63,068 nucleotides of DNA, filler included, from Reticulomyxa filosa (GCA_000512085.1; 23 parts of 23 records of this genome joined end to end with filler, not necessarily neighbours in it), one strand, 5' to 3'; counted from the whole stretch's first letter, positions 38,256 through 51,223 are shown. Notes: generated from the letters alone by a model not told the origin. Translations and numbers: made by a program.

Positions 38256-39116
38256 AAATAAACAATAAAATGAACCTATATTTAAAATTATTTCAACATG
38301 AAAATACACACAAATATGATGGTTTAATTATGATTATTTGGTGGACGTAGAGACAATGGAAATATGTTAATGTCAAGTGATGAAAAACAACATGAAAATA
38401 TGAATGAAGCGCCGATTACAAGAGAGAATTTTCTAAAACAATTTCTAATACTGTTAAAGTAAAAACAACTCAAAAAATTAATATCGAATTCGTTTGATTG
38501 ATGCCGTTTATTGTGGTTTTGTAATCAAGAATGTAAATATTCTTTTTTTAAATAAAACCAATTACAACCTAGCAATAATCGAAGAACAGAAATGCTATTA
38601 AGATACAATGCGTGAAAGTACAAACAAAGTAAAAGGTGATAGTAAATCAAATGCATTGAATGAATCATCACCATATATTCCCAGTCACTCAGGATTGATG
38701 AATTTAATCTCGAAACAATTGAAAGTTCCATATAAAGAGGTATACAATTGAATAGCATTTGAATAAGCACTTATTGCAAAAGCAATATACACACCATTCA
38801 AACAGGAGCATTTTATCGTCGTGATGCATCGACTAATCAAACCTATTTTCAATTGTATTGTAAATTATTGAACATCCGTTTGGAAGGATGATTATTTTTT
38901 GTTTAAGCTTAAGCATTTGAATTTGAATAACACACCGCAGTTATATGATTTTGTCTCAACAGCTTGTTTAATACAGTTTTTTCATCAAAGTCAATTTTAA
39001 AAGTGAAGAGTCAACANNNNNNNNNNNNNNNNNNNNNNNNNNNNNNNNNNNNNNNNNNNNTTAATTAATTAANNNNNNNNNNNNNNNNNNNNNNNNNNNN
39101 NNNNNNNNNNNNNNNN

Positions 39117-39152
39117 AGTGCTGGACGTAGAATTCAAATTTGGGGCTTATAA
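39117..39152 (+). CDS. Last codons of a WD40-family gene
   Basis: SAGRRIQIWGL* at the contig start; IWG* ends other members in this window. Confidence 0.45.
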   Translation, partial: SAGRRIQIWGL

Positions 39153-39509
39153 ATTTCATGTAAATAAATAAATTTTGTTTTTAAAAATACAAGAAGTAAG
39201 TGATTGTGAATAAAATTCCTCCTTTTAATTTTTCTCAAACTCAAATAGAATCATTTTCATATTCATTTGAGAAAGAAAATTACACTTTTAGATTTTGCGA
39301 AACAAATTAGACAACTTTTATCCTGTTAGAAAGAAATATTTCGATTATTTTCAGCAAAGTTTCAAATGAAGTTCATAAGTTTAGTGATATTTTCAAGTTT
39401 GATTATTGTGTTTATTTTCTTGATTCAAAAGTAGAATACCTTTATATTCATCTAAAAAAAGTCCATCATTTTCCATTTTAAAATAATCTTTAGCGAAAAC
39501 AAAAGGTGA

Positions 39510-40605
39510 AAATGACAACTTTTAGCTGGTATTTGTAAGCTTTCCAAAATTGTATGTAATTTTTGATTAAAAAAAGGCCAAAAAAGAAGAAAGTCAAGTA
39601 AATAAAATTAAGGCGGACATGAATTTGACAAACTTGTTATCAATTATATTATACAAACCACTGACGTTGCCTTTTTTTTAATTGGATTTTTTTCTTATTA
39701 TTTTAAAGAGAAGCGGAAAAAAAAAAGCTTTACAATTGTTCTCTTTTGAATCATGGTCGAAGAAAAGACTAATTGCTTGGTCTTGCCAATTAAAGGTGAT
39801 ATTGAAAATCTTAGACATAAAATTTTCTTTTTGATAACCTCATATATAATCTTTATCACACAATAACAACTTCCAAATTATTCTTTGCTTTTCGAAGGCT
39901 GTCAAGACTAATTCCACATAATTTACTCGTCAGTAAAATTAGGTAATGCTAAAAAAGAACAGGCTCTTTAAAAATTTAATTTGGATTGTTGTGTTGAAAC
40001 TTTTTGAAAAAAATTATATACAAGTTTTATATCACAAACAAGTTTTGCGTTGCGTCTTATTCACAGAAGATAACACTATTTTTTTTGCATACAAAAAGAT
40101 AATGGGAATATTCTTGTTGTTTACAAGTAGCCAAGTGTGGTTAGATGCAATCATATATCTAAAATCTGCGATCCATAACCATTTAACTTCTGATATGCAA
40201 TTGCATTTAATTTGGTGATCAAATCCTTTGATGCATTACAACAAACTATTCAACAATACCAAGTGTCATTATTTTTGTTTTTGCATAAAATTTATTCTAG
40301 ATCATATGATAAAACCATTCGAATATGTGATATTGAAATAACTAAACAATTGATTTCATTCCAAGAACATAAAGATTTTATTGGAAGTGTAAAATATGGA
40401 CCAAATAAGTTAATAAATACAATATCATCTGGATAAAGTAATAATAGCGTTTGTTTGTGGAATATTCGATCAAATAAGATTGAATTGCATGTAATGACAG
40501 GAGATAAATGAACAATATGTCTTAAGTTTATATCATTGAAAAAGAACAATGATTATTGTGTTAGTTTATGTTACGGTTCAAACAAAGGTCCAATTCGTGT
40601 GCATA
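39510..40605 (+). pseudogene. Cluster of remnants: box module (about 39580-39657), TRAF zinc finger (about 39950-40265), WD40 (about 40295-40600)
   Basis: HEFDKLVINY; AIHNHLTSDMQLH..LVIKSFDALQQTIQQYQ then GT (matches the exon 1 end of 10132-12206); SYDKTIRICDIE..SVKYGPNKL..G*SNNSVCLWNIRSNKIEL. Confidence 0.75.
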
Positions 40606-40979
40606 AAGTTTTATTTTGAATTTATGAAATGAAATATAATAATGAATTTTTGTTTTTTATTTTATGTAGAATTGTTTTATTTTTCATCGAGTTATTTTCA
40701 ATGTTTCCATTGCTGTTGTATTCCAAAGATTTGATTGAAAATTGAAAATTGTGCAAAAACAAAGAATATCACACAGTCCAAAGAAATAATTTGCATAAAA
40801 TCGTTTCAATGTTTATCTTGTTGAAAAATCTTTAGGTTTTTCTTTAGTATTGTTTTTATTGTCTTATCTCACACTATTTCTTATGTTATTTTTTATTTTG
40901 TTATCATTTCGTTTTGTCATTTTCTTATTGCTTCTGATTTTCGATTCATTGCATGATATCCGGCTCAGACATAGTTATA

Positions 40980-41051
40980 CAGTAGGTTGCAAAGAAAACT
41001 GAACGCCTAAAACATATCTTATGATGATAATTGATTTTCTCCATGAAAAAT
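40980..41051 (+). mobile_element. Probable Tc1/mariner-type element end (TA followed by CAGTAGG..)
   Basis: Starts with CAGT after TA; a diverged copy lies at 47689-47762 (CAGTA..AAAACTG..CCTAA..CTTATGA..ATTTTCTCCATGAAAAAT). Confidence 0.45.
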
Positions 41052-41080
41052 CAATTATCATCATAAGATATGTTTTAGGC
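41005..41080. repeat. Perfect 34-bp inverted repeat with 8-nt loop at contig end
   Basis: GCCTAAAACATATCTTATGATGATAATTGATTTT (41005-41038) and its exact reverse complement (41047-41080). Confidence 0.95.
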
Positions 41081-41180
41081 NNNNNNNNNNNNNNNNNNNN
41101 NNNNNNNNNNNNNNNNNNNNNNNNTTAATTAATTAANNNNNNNNNNNNNNNNNNNNNNNNNNNNNNNNNNNNNNNNNNNN

Positions 41181-41216
<36 letters not shown>

Positions 41217-41264
41217 ATTAAAAAGTTATTGCATAAGTATACGTATGTACATTACATATATACG

Positions 41265-41645
41265 TAACCTGCAACTCGAACTAATTCTTTGCTTTGATTT
41301 CCTAAATCCGTAATTTTCAGATCTTGGATTTGCTGCACTTCTACTTCCACAGACTTGGCAAGGGCCGATTTGATCTTTGCTTCATTCGCCGTTGACATGC
41401 TTATGTTCAACAAAAAGTCAAAGGAAATGCTTGGATCTGTTGGATGTACGGCCGTGTTTATACCACTCGCCACTTGTTCGTGCGTTTCACTGCTCTCGTT
41501 TGATACACCTGCTTCACTGCTTTGCATTTGCACGTTTGCTTCGTCTTTTTGTCTGCTTGTTGCTTCGTTGCTGCTTCCAAAAAAAAAGGGGGGCAGTGGG
41601 ATATATTTGTTCATTTTAAAGACGTTGTCTGGGTTTATACCGGTT
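41265..41645 (-). CDS. Exon of a hypothetical protein
   Basis: Higher-GC open frame (..MNKYIPLPPFFFGSSNE..LVRVAG) ending at a GT donor before a (TA)/(A)n intron. Confidence 0.5.
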
Positions 41646-42106
41646 TTTTTCTTTTCAAAAAAAAAAAGTAACCTCTCTGTCATTCTGCTTCTTTTATTTG
41701 CTTTTTAGTGTAATGAATATTCTATAAATGAAATGCCGCTTTTACCAAAATCGATGATAATCTGAAAGTTTTTTTTTTCTTCCCTGCTGAACAAGACCAA
41801 TCGTAAGGTGAAAGTAAAACAAAAGATAAATTACAAATACTAAAGGTAAAAATAGAGAAAAACAAGAAAGTAAAGCGAGAGAACACTAAGAAAGTGTAAA
41901 TAAGTTGAAAATAGGTAGTATAACGATAGTGAATAATAATTTGTGTCTTTATCTTTTGACTCAAAATTGTTCACTAGCTTCGCTTTGTTATTTTTACCCT
42001 ATTTTAATGTCATTTGGGAAATTGAAATAAAAATGACCTCGAACTAGACACAAAGACGTTAAAAAAAAAGGAATAGTTCATGATCATAAAGAAAATCTAA
42101 AAAAAA

Positions 42107-42897
42107 ATGGTACAAGCTAACGTGCTATTACACGTTTGGTCTGCAGATGAACGCTCTACTTTGCAAGTATTGCGTTATTCGCCACTTTTGCAAATATTCT
42201 AATTGTTTACAGACTCGCCACCTTCTCAAACAAATCCAAAACAGAAACCCGGAAAGCGCTTGGAGAAAAAGCAATACTCAATGAAAAGACATATGCATAT
42301 GAGCCACATGAGGCGTTTTCTGGTATTTTTTGCTTTATATTATGTCTTTGTTCTCACTTCTGTGACGTGACGAACACACGATTCTTATTTGGTATGTCAA
42401 TAATCAAATGGCTGAAGTTGTCACATGTTGGATATCTTTCGTACGTGAATTCATTCATTGTGTACTTTTTGAATTTGGAAAACAGTAAAACGAAAGGATA
42501 CTTATTTCAATTTCAATTTTTTGTGCTGTTAATAATGCACGAATATCATCCTTGGCCAGAAAATTATAAAATCTTCTGGCCAAGTTACTGCTACGGCTTA
42601 GTTTGGCTGTGTCGATGTATTTATAAGATCATGAACAACCCAAATTTGTTTTTCCAACAACTCAATCGAAAGGCTGTTGGATATGCCCTTGTTTGGACAG
42701 TTGTTGCAATCGCGTTTTGGGCAAAATATGTGCGGACAGACGACTATAATCTTTTCAGTCGCATATGTTACTACTTAGGATATGGGCTGAGCGGAATCGC
42801 ATCCTATTTTTGCTGGGATACTGTAGGAAACGCACAAACTACAACAAAAAATGACTACGGAGATAGTGGATCCAGAGATAAAGGAAAAGATAAATAA
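42107..42897 (+). CDS. Multi-pass membrane protein resembling TMEM8/DUF3522 (CREST-like); one-base frameshift near 42150
   Basis: The frame is open from about 42151, upstream of the track ORF (LYFASIALFATFANILIV..EAFSGIFCFILCLCSHFCD..WLKLSHVG..HEYHPW), with about 7 hydrophobic segments. Confidence 0.6.
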
Positions 42898-45288
42898 ACA
42901 TAACACTAAAAGTGATAAGATAAAAGTTGAACTACTATTTCAATTGAAAAAAGAAAGTCGATTTTTTGTTGTAAACGTATCACAAAAAAATCTTGTGAAG
43001 ATGTATGAGTTCATAAATTGATATGTCTTAACAGCTTTGAAAAATTACAGCAGAGATACTGTTGTGTTAACTGGTAACACTATTTTATCAAAATGTACCA
43101 AAATCTTAGTTTCTTTGCGTTTGTCAACATATCACGTGTACTGTGCTCACGTTTTAAGTCTTTTATTCTTCTAAAAAATAGCAGTAATTACGTCAGATCA
43201 GATTTGAAAGTGCTTGTCAGAAAGAATTTTCCTTTTTTGATTGGAGCAAAGAACAAGACCAAAGTAGTAACGGATTACAACAGAAAGCTAATTGTTTGTT
43301 TTTCTATAACACAAAACACGTACACCGAAAAAACAGCAATAAGCAAAGTAAAATTCTCTTTATCATAACACGTTCGAATGATCTTTTTTGTTTTTTTGGT
43401 ATTGACAGATTATCACGGCTCCGGATTAAGAACCAAACACTTTGGTCGTGTGTTTATTGAATTGGCAAAAACAAATAAGCAACCCTTTGATATATGTATA
43501 TATATTTGTTTTTCACAAGATGTACTAATCCATAAGAAGATTATGCTGAATTATATTACTGTGACTTGAGGCTTCATTTTTGTTTTTTTGAACTATACCA
43601 TTAATCTCTTTCAACTAATTAGATGACCTTTCCTCATTTCGATAGCAATGGTACATCATCTATTATTGAAATGAATAAAAACAAATCCTTTTATCATTGT
43701 CATTACATTAGTACGAGTTTCTCCAAAATGTAAAAACAACTACAATATCAAATGATCATCAAAGTCTTCATGTAGATAAAACACAAATAACGAATACTGT
43801 ATAATATCAGGCAAACTTACCTTTATCATATTACACAACACACATACAATCAATGACATCGAAACGATTTGCCGAATATACAATATACATGATTTGTGTA
43901 AATATGTGTTTTGTGACTGTATTGAATTAAATGCTAAAACAACATATTTTAATCAAAGATATATATTGTACGCTCAAGATCATTGAATCGTTATAAGTCT
44001 ATGTACTGCAACACAAATTTGAATTACAAAGCAAATGGTTGTCAGTTGTCGAAATCAAGTAAGTTTCAGTTTAATTTCAGACTACTAAACTTTACACGTC
44101 GTAACAGCTAACATACGGTGATAATTTATTCCAAATACTTTGACTAAAGCTTTGTCACTGTCTCAATATAATATATTTTAAACAAAAAGAATCACTTTAA
44201 CTTTTTTTTTGCACGAACTATTTTCAAATCCACAAACGTTCAAAATTTTTAACTAGTTGAAACTAAGTTATAACTTAAAGAATTGACAGATAACCACACA
44301 AGCTAGCATAAATAATACGCGTGCTTGCATAGTTCGGGACAGTCGAAACTTCAAAATATCTGTTCAGTACTGATAATATAACATTCAGTCAAGTCTCAGT
44401 GGATCCATAAGTCAACATCAGTTAATGCGTATTGAACTGTCATCATTGTATTGCTATTGTTGTTTTTATATATGTACATATATTTCTTCAAAAAAAACCT
44501 ATTAAAAAAAAATTCTCTATTCTTTGTACATGCATACTTGAACCATGCATCAGTGGAAATCAAAGCTGTTTTCTTTAAGGATCAGATTACAAGTTAGCTT
44601 CTAATGGTTAGAAGCTTACAAACGAAACAAAAATTCAAAAATAAAATGTGATTTAAAAAAAAACTTGATTGTCATAACTGGAGAATTCTGTTAACAAATA
44701 AACATCTACTTGAGCATTAACGAATTTCTCAACATCTTCATACATCACAACGTATTACATCACTTGTATTGCTCAAAGTAAAGCAATTTTCGTGGCAAAT
44801 TTTACTAAAGATGTTTAGGAAAAAGGGGACACTCTGGCTGGCATATGATGTTATTCTTCAGAGAGTATAAAAAGAAAGCATTTTTCGTGTGGGGTCTGTT
44901 TAAAACAAACATTGACGAACCAAATTCATTATTTCTAAACTAGGAAAAGTTTTAAGAGTAAGATTCGGCCTGCACACCTTTTCAAATATTAAATTTGCCA
45001 GTTTGTATGATAATCATCCGCTGCACATTTAGTGCCCTTTTCCTTGCACACTAATTAGCTAAAGGTGATGCACATCAACAAAGAACAAAAAAAAAAAAAG
45101 AAAAAGAGCCGTTATGGGTGTGATTCGCGTATTTTTTTTTTTTGTTTTTTTTTTTTTTTTTCCGAATTGATTCCCCCTCCTCTAGCTTTTATTCTAATAT
45201 TTCCACCCGTTTTTGAAATAAAAATAAACGGCAGCATGGATTTTTAAAAGTGCCTGTGAGCTATCCATAAATTGAGACAATGAAAATT

Positions 45289-46130
45289 TTAAGTGTGAGA
45301 GCTTTCTTCATGTGCAGTGTCAGTTTCTTTATCCTTTTCTTTCTCTTTGTCCTGTTGCTCTTCCAATTGATCAATTGGACTAGTGACGGGACTTTTAGTG
45401 CGTAAATCTTTCAAAGAGCCATGCTCGGGCGGACCTTTTTTGGTTGGGTTCAATGGCAATGGCATATTGATGGGTTCATCTTCCGAGAGATTTTCCGGGT
45501 CCATATTGTGGTCCCCTTTCCACGGAGATTTGGAGTCGTACACTAAATCCACGGCGTCAGGTCTCGCCCAAGGCGCGACGCCGGTGATCTCCAAAGGAGG
45601 TTCAACATAACCTTTCCCTTTGTTGTCTACAGGCTTGCCTGTCTTGTCTCTGTCCGTAATGCCTCTCTGGGCATTTAATTTCGCAATCAGCGCTTTTTTT
45701 CTTTCCAGCACTTCGTCCTCGTTCACTTCCGTTTTCGTCGCCGGTTTCAAGTCGATGGCCAACAAGCTTCCAAAAAAGAAATGTTGAATTACTGGAAATT
45801 TCTTGAACACATCTTTTTTTTTTTTTTTTTTTTAATTGTAAGGTATATACAATTTTCGTTTTTTTTTTTTTTTTTTTTAACAAAGACAATGAAATGTAAA
45901 CAAACAATAATTGCAGACATACCATCTTGATACATTTTATGCAAGCCATTTTTGACTTTGGTCCAATCCGGGACGCCGGAAATGTCATTCAACAACGGCG
46001 AGTGTTCGGCAAAGACACCTGTTTTCACTTTCAAGATGAAATCGATGCACTCCAAATAGAGATAGTCCTTTGCATTTTCCAGCACTTTCGGGTTCAATAT
46101 TGCGGACGGTTTGATCGATTCTTCCCCTTT
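45289..46130 (-). CDS. PTPA: PP2A phosphatase activator (PTPA/RRD), last two exons
   Basis: YLYLECIDFILKVKTGVFAEHSPLLNDISGVPDWTKVKNGLHKMY, intron, VFKKFPVIQHFFFGSLL. Confidence 0.92.
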
Positions 46131-46311
46131 TTAATATTGTATATATATATATATNNNNNNNNNNNNNNNNNNNNNNNNNNNNNNNNNNNNNNNNNNNNTT
46201 AATTAATTAANNNNNNNNNNNNNNNNNNNNNNNNNNNNNNNNNNNNNNNNNNNNATATATATATATATGTATGTACATATATGTTTATGTATATTATGCA
46301 AACTATGATAG

Positions 46312-47196
46312 AAAGCACTTGCAGCAGCTTTTATAAGTAATTGTGCATTTGCGAAAAGAAATCTAATGGTTGAAGATTTACAAAAATATGGGGTGAAAGT
46401 AGACAGCTATGGCAATTGCATGCACAACAAAGATGAGGTAAGCGACAAGCCGAGGGACATTCGGAAGCTGGAACTGCTGTCGGAATACAAGTTTTCCTTA
46501 GCGTTTGAAAACAGTGAGACGGATGACTACATCACGGAAAAGTTTTTTTTGACTTTGGCCAGTGGTAGTGTCCCCGTTTATATTGGTGCTCCCAATGTGA
46601 AGTTCTTCGCACCTGACGCTGGCCCTTATCCTTATACAAGCAAGTCAGTCATTTACGCAGGAGACTTTGGCTTTGATGCGCAAAGACTTGCCAAATACTT
46701 GTTGTACTTGGACAAGAATGACACTGCTTATGCCGAGTATTTGCAATGGAAAGTGGACGGATACAGTGGGGATTTTAAAGCGTTAAATGAACTGACGAGC
46801 ACACATACCGCTTGTCGGGTCTGTGTGTTTGCTGCAGACAGAGTGAGATTGTCAAAGGGGTTGTCGAAGGTATCGGATGCGCCTTTGCATGTATATCAGT
46901 TTGGGAAAGGGAAAACTGTATTTGTGCGGGAAAGGGGAAGCTATCGCTTTATTCAGATCCAATTGAACGAAAATGTTGATCAGAAGCAACTTTTGCAACA
47001 CTTGATTGAATGCATTTTATTGACGGTCAAAAGGAAAACTTTCAACCAATGGAAAAACAACGAACATCCCAACTATAACAGAATAGGCCCTGCTGTGTAT
47101 GCCATCTATCATGTGCCATCCAAACACGTCATACACTCCAATGACGCAGTGTTAAACATGCCAAACTTGATAGAGTTAGAATTCATTTCGGTGTGA
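46312..47196 (+). CDS. GT10 alpha-1,3-fucosyltransferase, last exon
   Basis: AAFISNC, VDSYGNC, YKFSLAFENSETDDYITEKF, GSVPVYIGAPN, YLLYLDKN..EYLQWK. Confidence 0.92.
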   Translation, partial: KALAAAFISNCAFAKRNLMVEDLQKYGVKVDSYGNCMHNKDEVSDKPRDIRKLELLSEYKFSLAFENSETDDYITEKFFLTLASGSVPVYIGAPNVKFFAPDAGPYPYTSKSVIYAGDFGFDAQRLAKYLLYLDKNDTAYAEYLQWKVDGYSGDFKALNELTSTHTACRVCVFAADRVRLSKGLSKVSDAPLHVYQFGKGKTVFVRERGSYRFIQIQLNENVDQKQLLQHLIECILLTVKRKTFNQWKNNEHPNYNRIGPAVYAIYHVPSKHVIHSNDAVLNMPNLIELEFISV

Positions 47197-47688
47197 TATC
47201 TAATATAAGTCCGAGTTACTTCACCACTTTGCTTTCTGTTGTTCAAATCTGTCCAAGACACAATGACAATAAAAGCAATTCATTGACATCTACGACTTGA
47301 TCCATTTAATGTCACAAGTGAATATGCAAATATATAACAATTATTATATACATTCAAAAAAATGAAATAAATCTACATTAACTGTCAATACCAATTATTT
47401 CGAACTAAATGATAGTTTTCACAAAAGTAAAAACATCAACCAATTTTAAACAAAATAAAATTGATAATTGATAAAAATACTTTTGGCATCAAAGAAATTC
47501 TTTTATACAACTATACAAAGTAAAAACTCATAAAGTACTATTTTTACTTAATGTAGCACAGTGAGTAATTATTAGAAAATAACTATTTTCAGAAAAACTC
47601 AAATATACGTTGTAATATATCATATAGTTGAAGAAAATTGAACAAATAATATTAAATCATTTGCTGAATAAACTATATTTATATATAA

Positions 47689-47762
47689 CAGTATATTACA
47701 GAAAAAACTGTAATACCTAAGTGTCAACCTTATGAAGAGAATATATTTTCTCCATGAAAAAT
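47689..47762 (+). repeat. Diverged copy of the putative element end at 40980
   Basis: Collinear similarity including the identical ATTTTCTCCATGAAAAAT. Confidence 0.5.
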
Positions 47763-49058
47763 AGACATTTAACCATAATTTTATAAAAAATATACAAATC
47801 TTGAATTTTAAATAAAATTTCTTCTTTTTTGTATGTGTTTGATTGTTGTTTTAAAATTTTTATTGTCATTTAAAGTTTGGCCCTTTTAAATTGCTTTATT
47901 GCAGCGACTAAGAAAAAAGCTAATATTAAAAGATAATTATATTAATGCAAGCTTTAAATTTAAAACAAACATAAAGATCATATTTTAAATTATTGTATGA
48001 AGTGATTTTTTATAAAACAAAGATAAAATTGTGTGTAAGTGATTGAAGTAAATACCTTTACAAATTATCAAATGAAGTAAATGATAAAAAAATATTTAAA
48101 ATGAATCCTGGGCATTGCGTCTTATTTTTAAATTATAAAAGTCAAACTTAAATTCGATATATTAATTTGTCAAAAACTCAAAACAAAATTAAAAAACCTT
48201 CATATCAAATAAAATTGCAAAGCTCAAGTTTAATTTCACAATGAATAAAAAAATAATAAATTTTATTTGTCGAATTTTTTAAAAAAATATGAATATACAA
48301 TGATAATTCTTTGTCAAATAAATGTTCAAAACTGCTTATACACCAATATGCGATGACGTCAACTATAACATAAAACAAAGCTTTTGGTGTTAGTACACAA
48401 ACATGACGCATGTACGACCGGAAGTTTTATGTTAATACTATTAGATATATTTGACGTTCGCACTTTACGTTATGAAACTTTTAATGATTTATAATATTTT
48501 TTAAAGGATATTTTATTTATACGTACGCATTTTTTAATGAATAGTCAAGTCATGTAAGCACATTATTATAATTTATGTAACAGCCCAAATTATTAAATTA
48601 GTACGATTATATTATTGATGTCATTGTTCCTGGAAAATTTTTATTTATTTATTTATCAACATATAAGTTGTTATATTGTTTAACAATATGTATGAAATTT
48701 GTCTATGATATTTTTCAGAAATAATTTTATTTGAAATATTCTTTTATTAGCATTTATTGAGCTTAGATGAAAACAAACACAAAAAAAGTGATAGTATGTA
48801 GCAAAAAACATGATGAGCATGAAGGCATTGATATTCGAGGAGCTATTGTGAGATTAATTGCTGCTTGAGAAAGAGAATAATATTGTAGTGTTCATGCACA
48901 ATATTTTTACTTTTTTTGTAACAACAAGAAAAAAATGTGGAGACTGATTGAAGTGAGTTGGCTGGATCCCAGCAACAACAATGACACAAAATCAAGAGCT
49001 CACTTTTTTTTTATAGATAATTTACACAAAGATTACTAAATTGTCCTTATCTATCTAC

Positions 49059-49891
49059 TCATTCAAAATCATTTTCACTGTCGCTGTTTAATTCTGTTTC
49101 CTGGTTGGAATCTTTTTCATGATTTAATTCGTTTTCTAATTCATTTAGAGCGTCCGCGATCTTGGATAAGTCTTTTTTGGAAAATGTGCGTTTATGTGCC
49201 CTCTTGGCAGCAGACAGCATGTTGCGCCTGTTATCGTCATCACCCAGTTCACTGTTATCTGGTTCAGCAAACCGTACACTTCGGTCTGGTTCAGCAAATC
49301 GTACACTTCGATCTGGTTCAGTGAATTGTACACTTCGCTCTGGTTCAGCGAATTGTACACTTCGATCTGGTTCAGCAAATCGCACACTTCGCCTGGGTGG
49401 TTCGGAGTGATCATCATTCCAATCATCGGCGGAGTTTCTACGCTCCTTGTCCTTTACGCGTTTGGGCTTGAGGGCATAGCTACTGGATTTCCTCAACATC
49501 GCATTGCCATCATCGTCAATCTCGTAACCGGACATTTCAATCTCCTTAAGTTCTGATGCCACCAACTCCTGAAGAGTTTTGAGCCACGCTATCTTGGTAC
49601 GCAGGCTATGTAAGATCACACAATGATTCTTTTTAAAAAGGCAATCAATTATGTTAGCATATATACGTATATACACATGTGTACATATATGTATGTGTAT
49701 ATACGTATATAGACAGACAAACCCAGTGGGCGGTGGCTTTGACATAAGTAAAGTCAATTTCGTTTGTGGCAATTTGGAAAGCAAGCGAGACCAACCACCT
49801 TCAAGTGGAACTTGAGAAGCTTCGTAATACAAACGCTCTTGTAAAAATGAGCCATTATTATCACGAAGCTTGTAATCGGGACCCGTAAACC
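49059..49891 (-). CDS. Last two exons of a protein with a possible PH-like end and tandem RVxF-type repeats
   Basis: Intron about 49606-49722 is (TA/TG)-rich; LRTKIAWLKTLQEL helix; 5 x 9-aa repeat. Confidence 0.65.
49257..49391 (-). repeat. Five tandem 27-bp units encoding RSV(R/Q)F(A/T)EP(D/E)
   Basis: 135 nt = 5 x 27, directly visible. Confidence 0.95.
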
Positions 49892-50124
49892 TAACCCAAA
49901 AAAAAAAAAAAAAAAAAAAAAAGTATATACGTACACATATGTATACATTAGANNNNNNNNNNNNNNNNNNNNNNNNNNNNNNNNNNNNNNNNNNNNTTAA
50001 TTAATTAANNNNNNNNNNNNNNNNNNNNNNNNNNNNNNNNNNNNNNNNNNNNGTATATAAGTATTGTATACACCATACGTATACATATAAAATTATAAAT
50101 GTATAATTTAATACAATTCAAAGT

Positions 50125-51223
50125 TTGATATGGTTGAATCATATCAATTATTTCATTGGCCTTGGTGGTTGCTATGACATCAATGAGTACTACAAATTTG
50201 AGTCGCATCGCAGTGCAGCTTTGTCTTTGACGCCTTTGGTTGGGTCCATGCATGGTGTTGACAACTTAAAAAAATATTCGCCGACATGGCTGTTGAACCA
50301 CTGGAAACAAGCCAATGACGTGGCTTATCCTGCATCGTCGTCGTCGTCGTCACTTGAGAGCAATGATCAACAGTCCATTGAATTGGCAAAGTTGTCAATG
50401 TCATCCTTGTTTGATAAGGCCCTTCTTAACAAAAATGACAATTCGTCGTCGATTGATAGAGTGACCTTGTACAAGTCTTTGGCTGATTTTGCTGAGCAAT
50501 GCTCAAAGCGATGGCCAAAGTGTTTGTTGATTCACAGCACCAAAGATACTGTCGTCCCTTTTTCTTCCTCAAACTCTTTCTTTCAAGCTTTAACCCAACT
50601 CCATATTCCAGTTTGTTAACTCCAATACAAATGACACAATTGCAGTATTTTTTTTTTAATTTTTTTTCTTCAGTTGGTTTAATCGTTGTTGCTTGTCTTT
50701 GCAATTGTAGGTTGAATTGCTTCCATACAATGGATGCAGTCATTACGATCATTTGATGGCACTTGTTGATCCTTACAACGCTTTTTTCTCCAAACAAGTC
50801 ACTGATATCACTGCTCGTGTATTCGATAACTTCAAGCCATTACGAGTTTCCTTGCGCGATCAACCTCTTCCTCCTTCTCCTTCTTTTCCTATTTCAGTTT
50901 GATTTTTATTTTGAATTGTAAGAGAGTTTTTTTTTATATGTGTTATTTGTTATTTGATGGATTGATAACAGCAAGGAAATGGCTTGGACAAAACCACAAC
51001 GGATGAACAAAAGTCGAATGAGGCCACAGAAACAATCCAAAGTGACACTTTACCACCTTTGAATTTAAGCGGATCACAGCAAACAAAAGAAACAGAAGTT
51101 TTGCAAGAGCTTTTGAAAGGAATTAATAATTCCATGGAGGAACTCGAAGTCGCTGAAACGAATCGTCACAATAAAGTAGATGATTTAGACAAATTGCGAA
51201 ATTTAATTAAAGAAGGCCATTAA
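50125..51223 (+). CDS. Alpha/beta hydrolase (isoprenylcysteine methylesterase ICME-like), 3' exons
   Basis: FIGLGGCYDI..SP, LLIHSTKDTVVP (catalytic Asp), YNGCSHYD (catalytic His); 50972-51223 is probably a final exon. Confidence 0.75.

Noticed and set aside
38609-38870. Stop-interrupted protein-like frame
   Set aside because: Several stops and no assignable family.
49257-49391. 27-bp repeats as a CRISPR array
   Set aside because: No spacers, in-frame coding, eukaryotic context.
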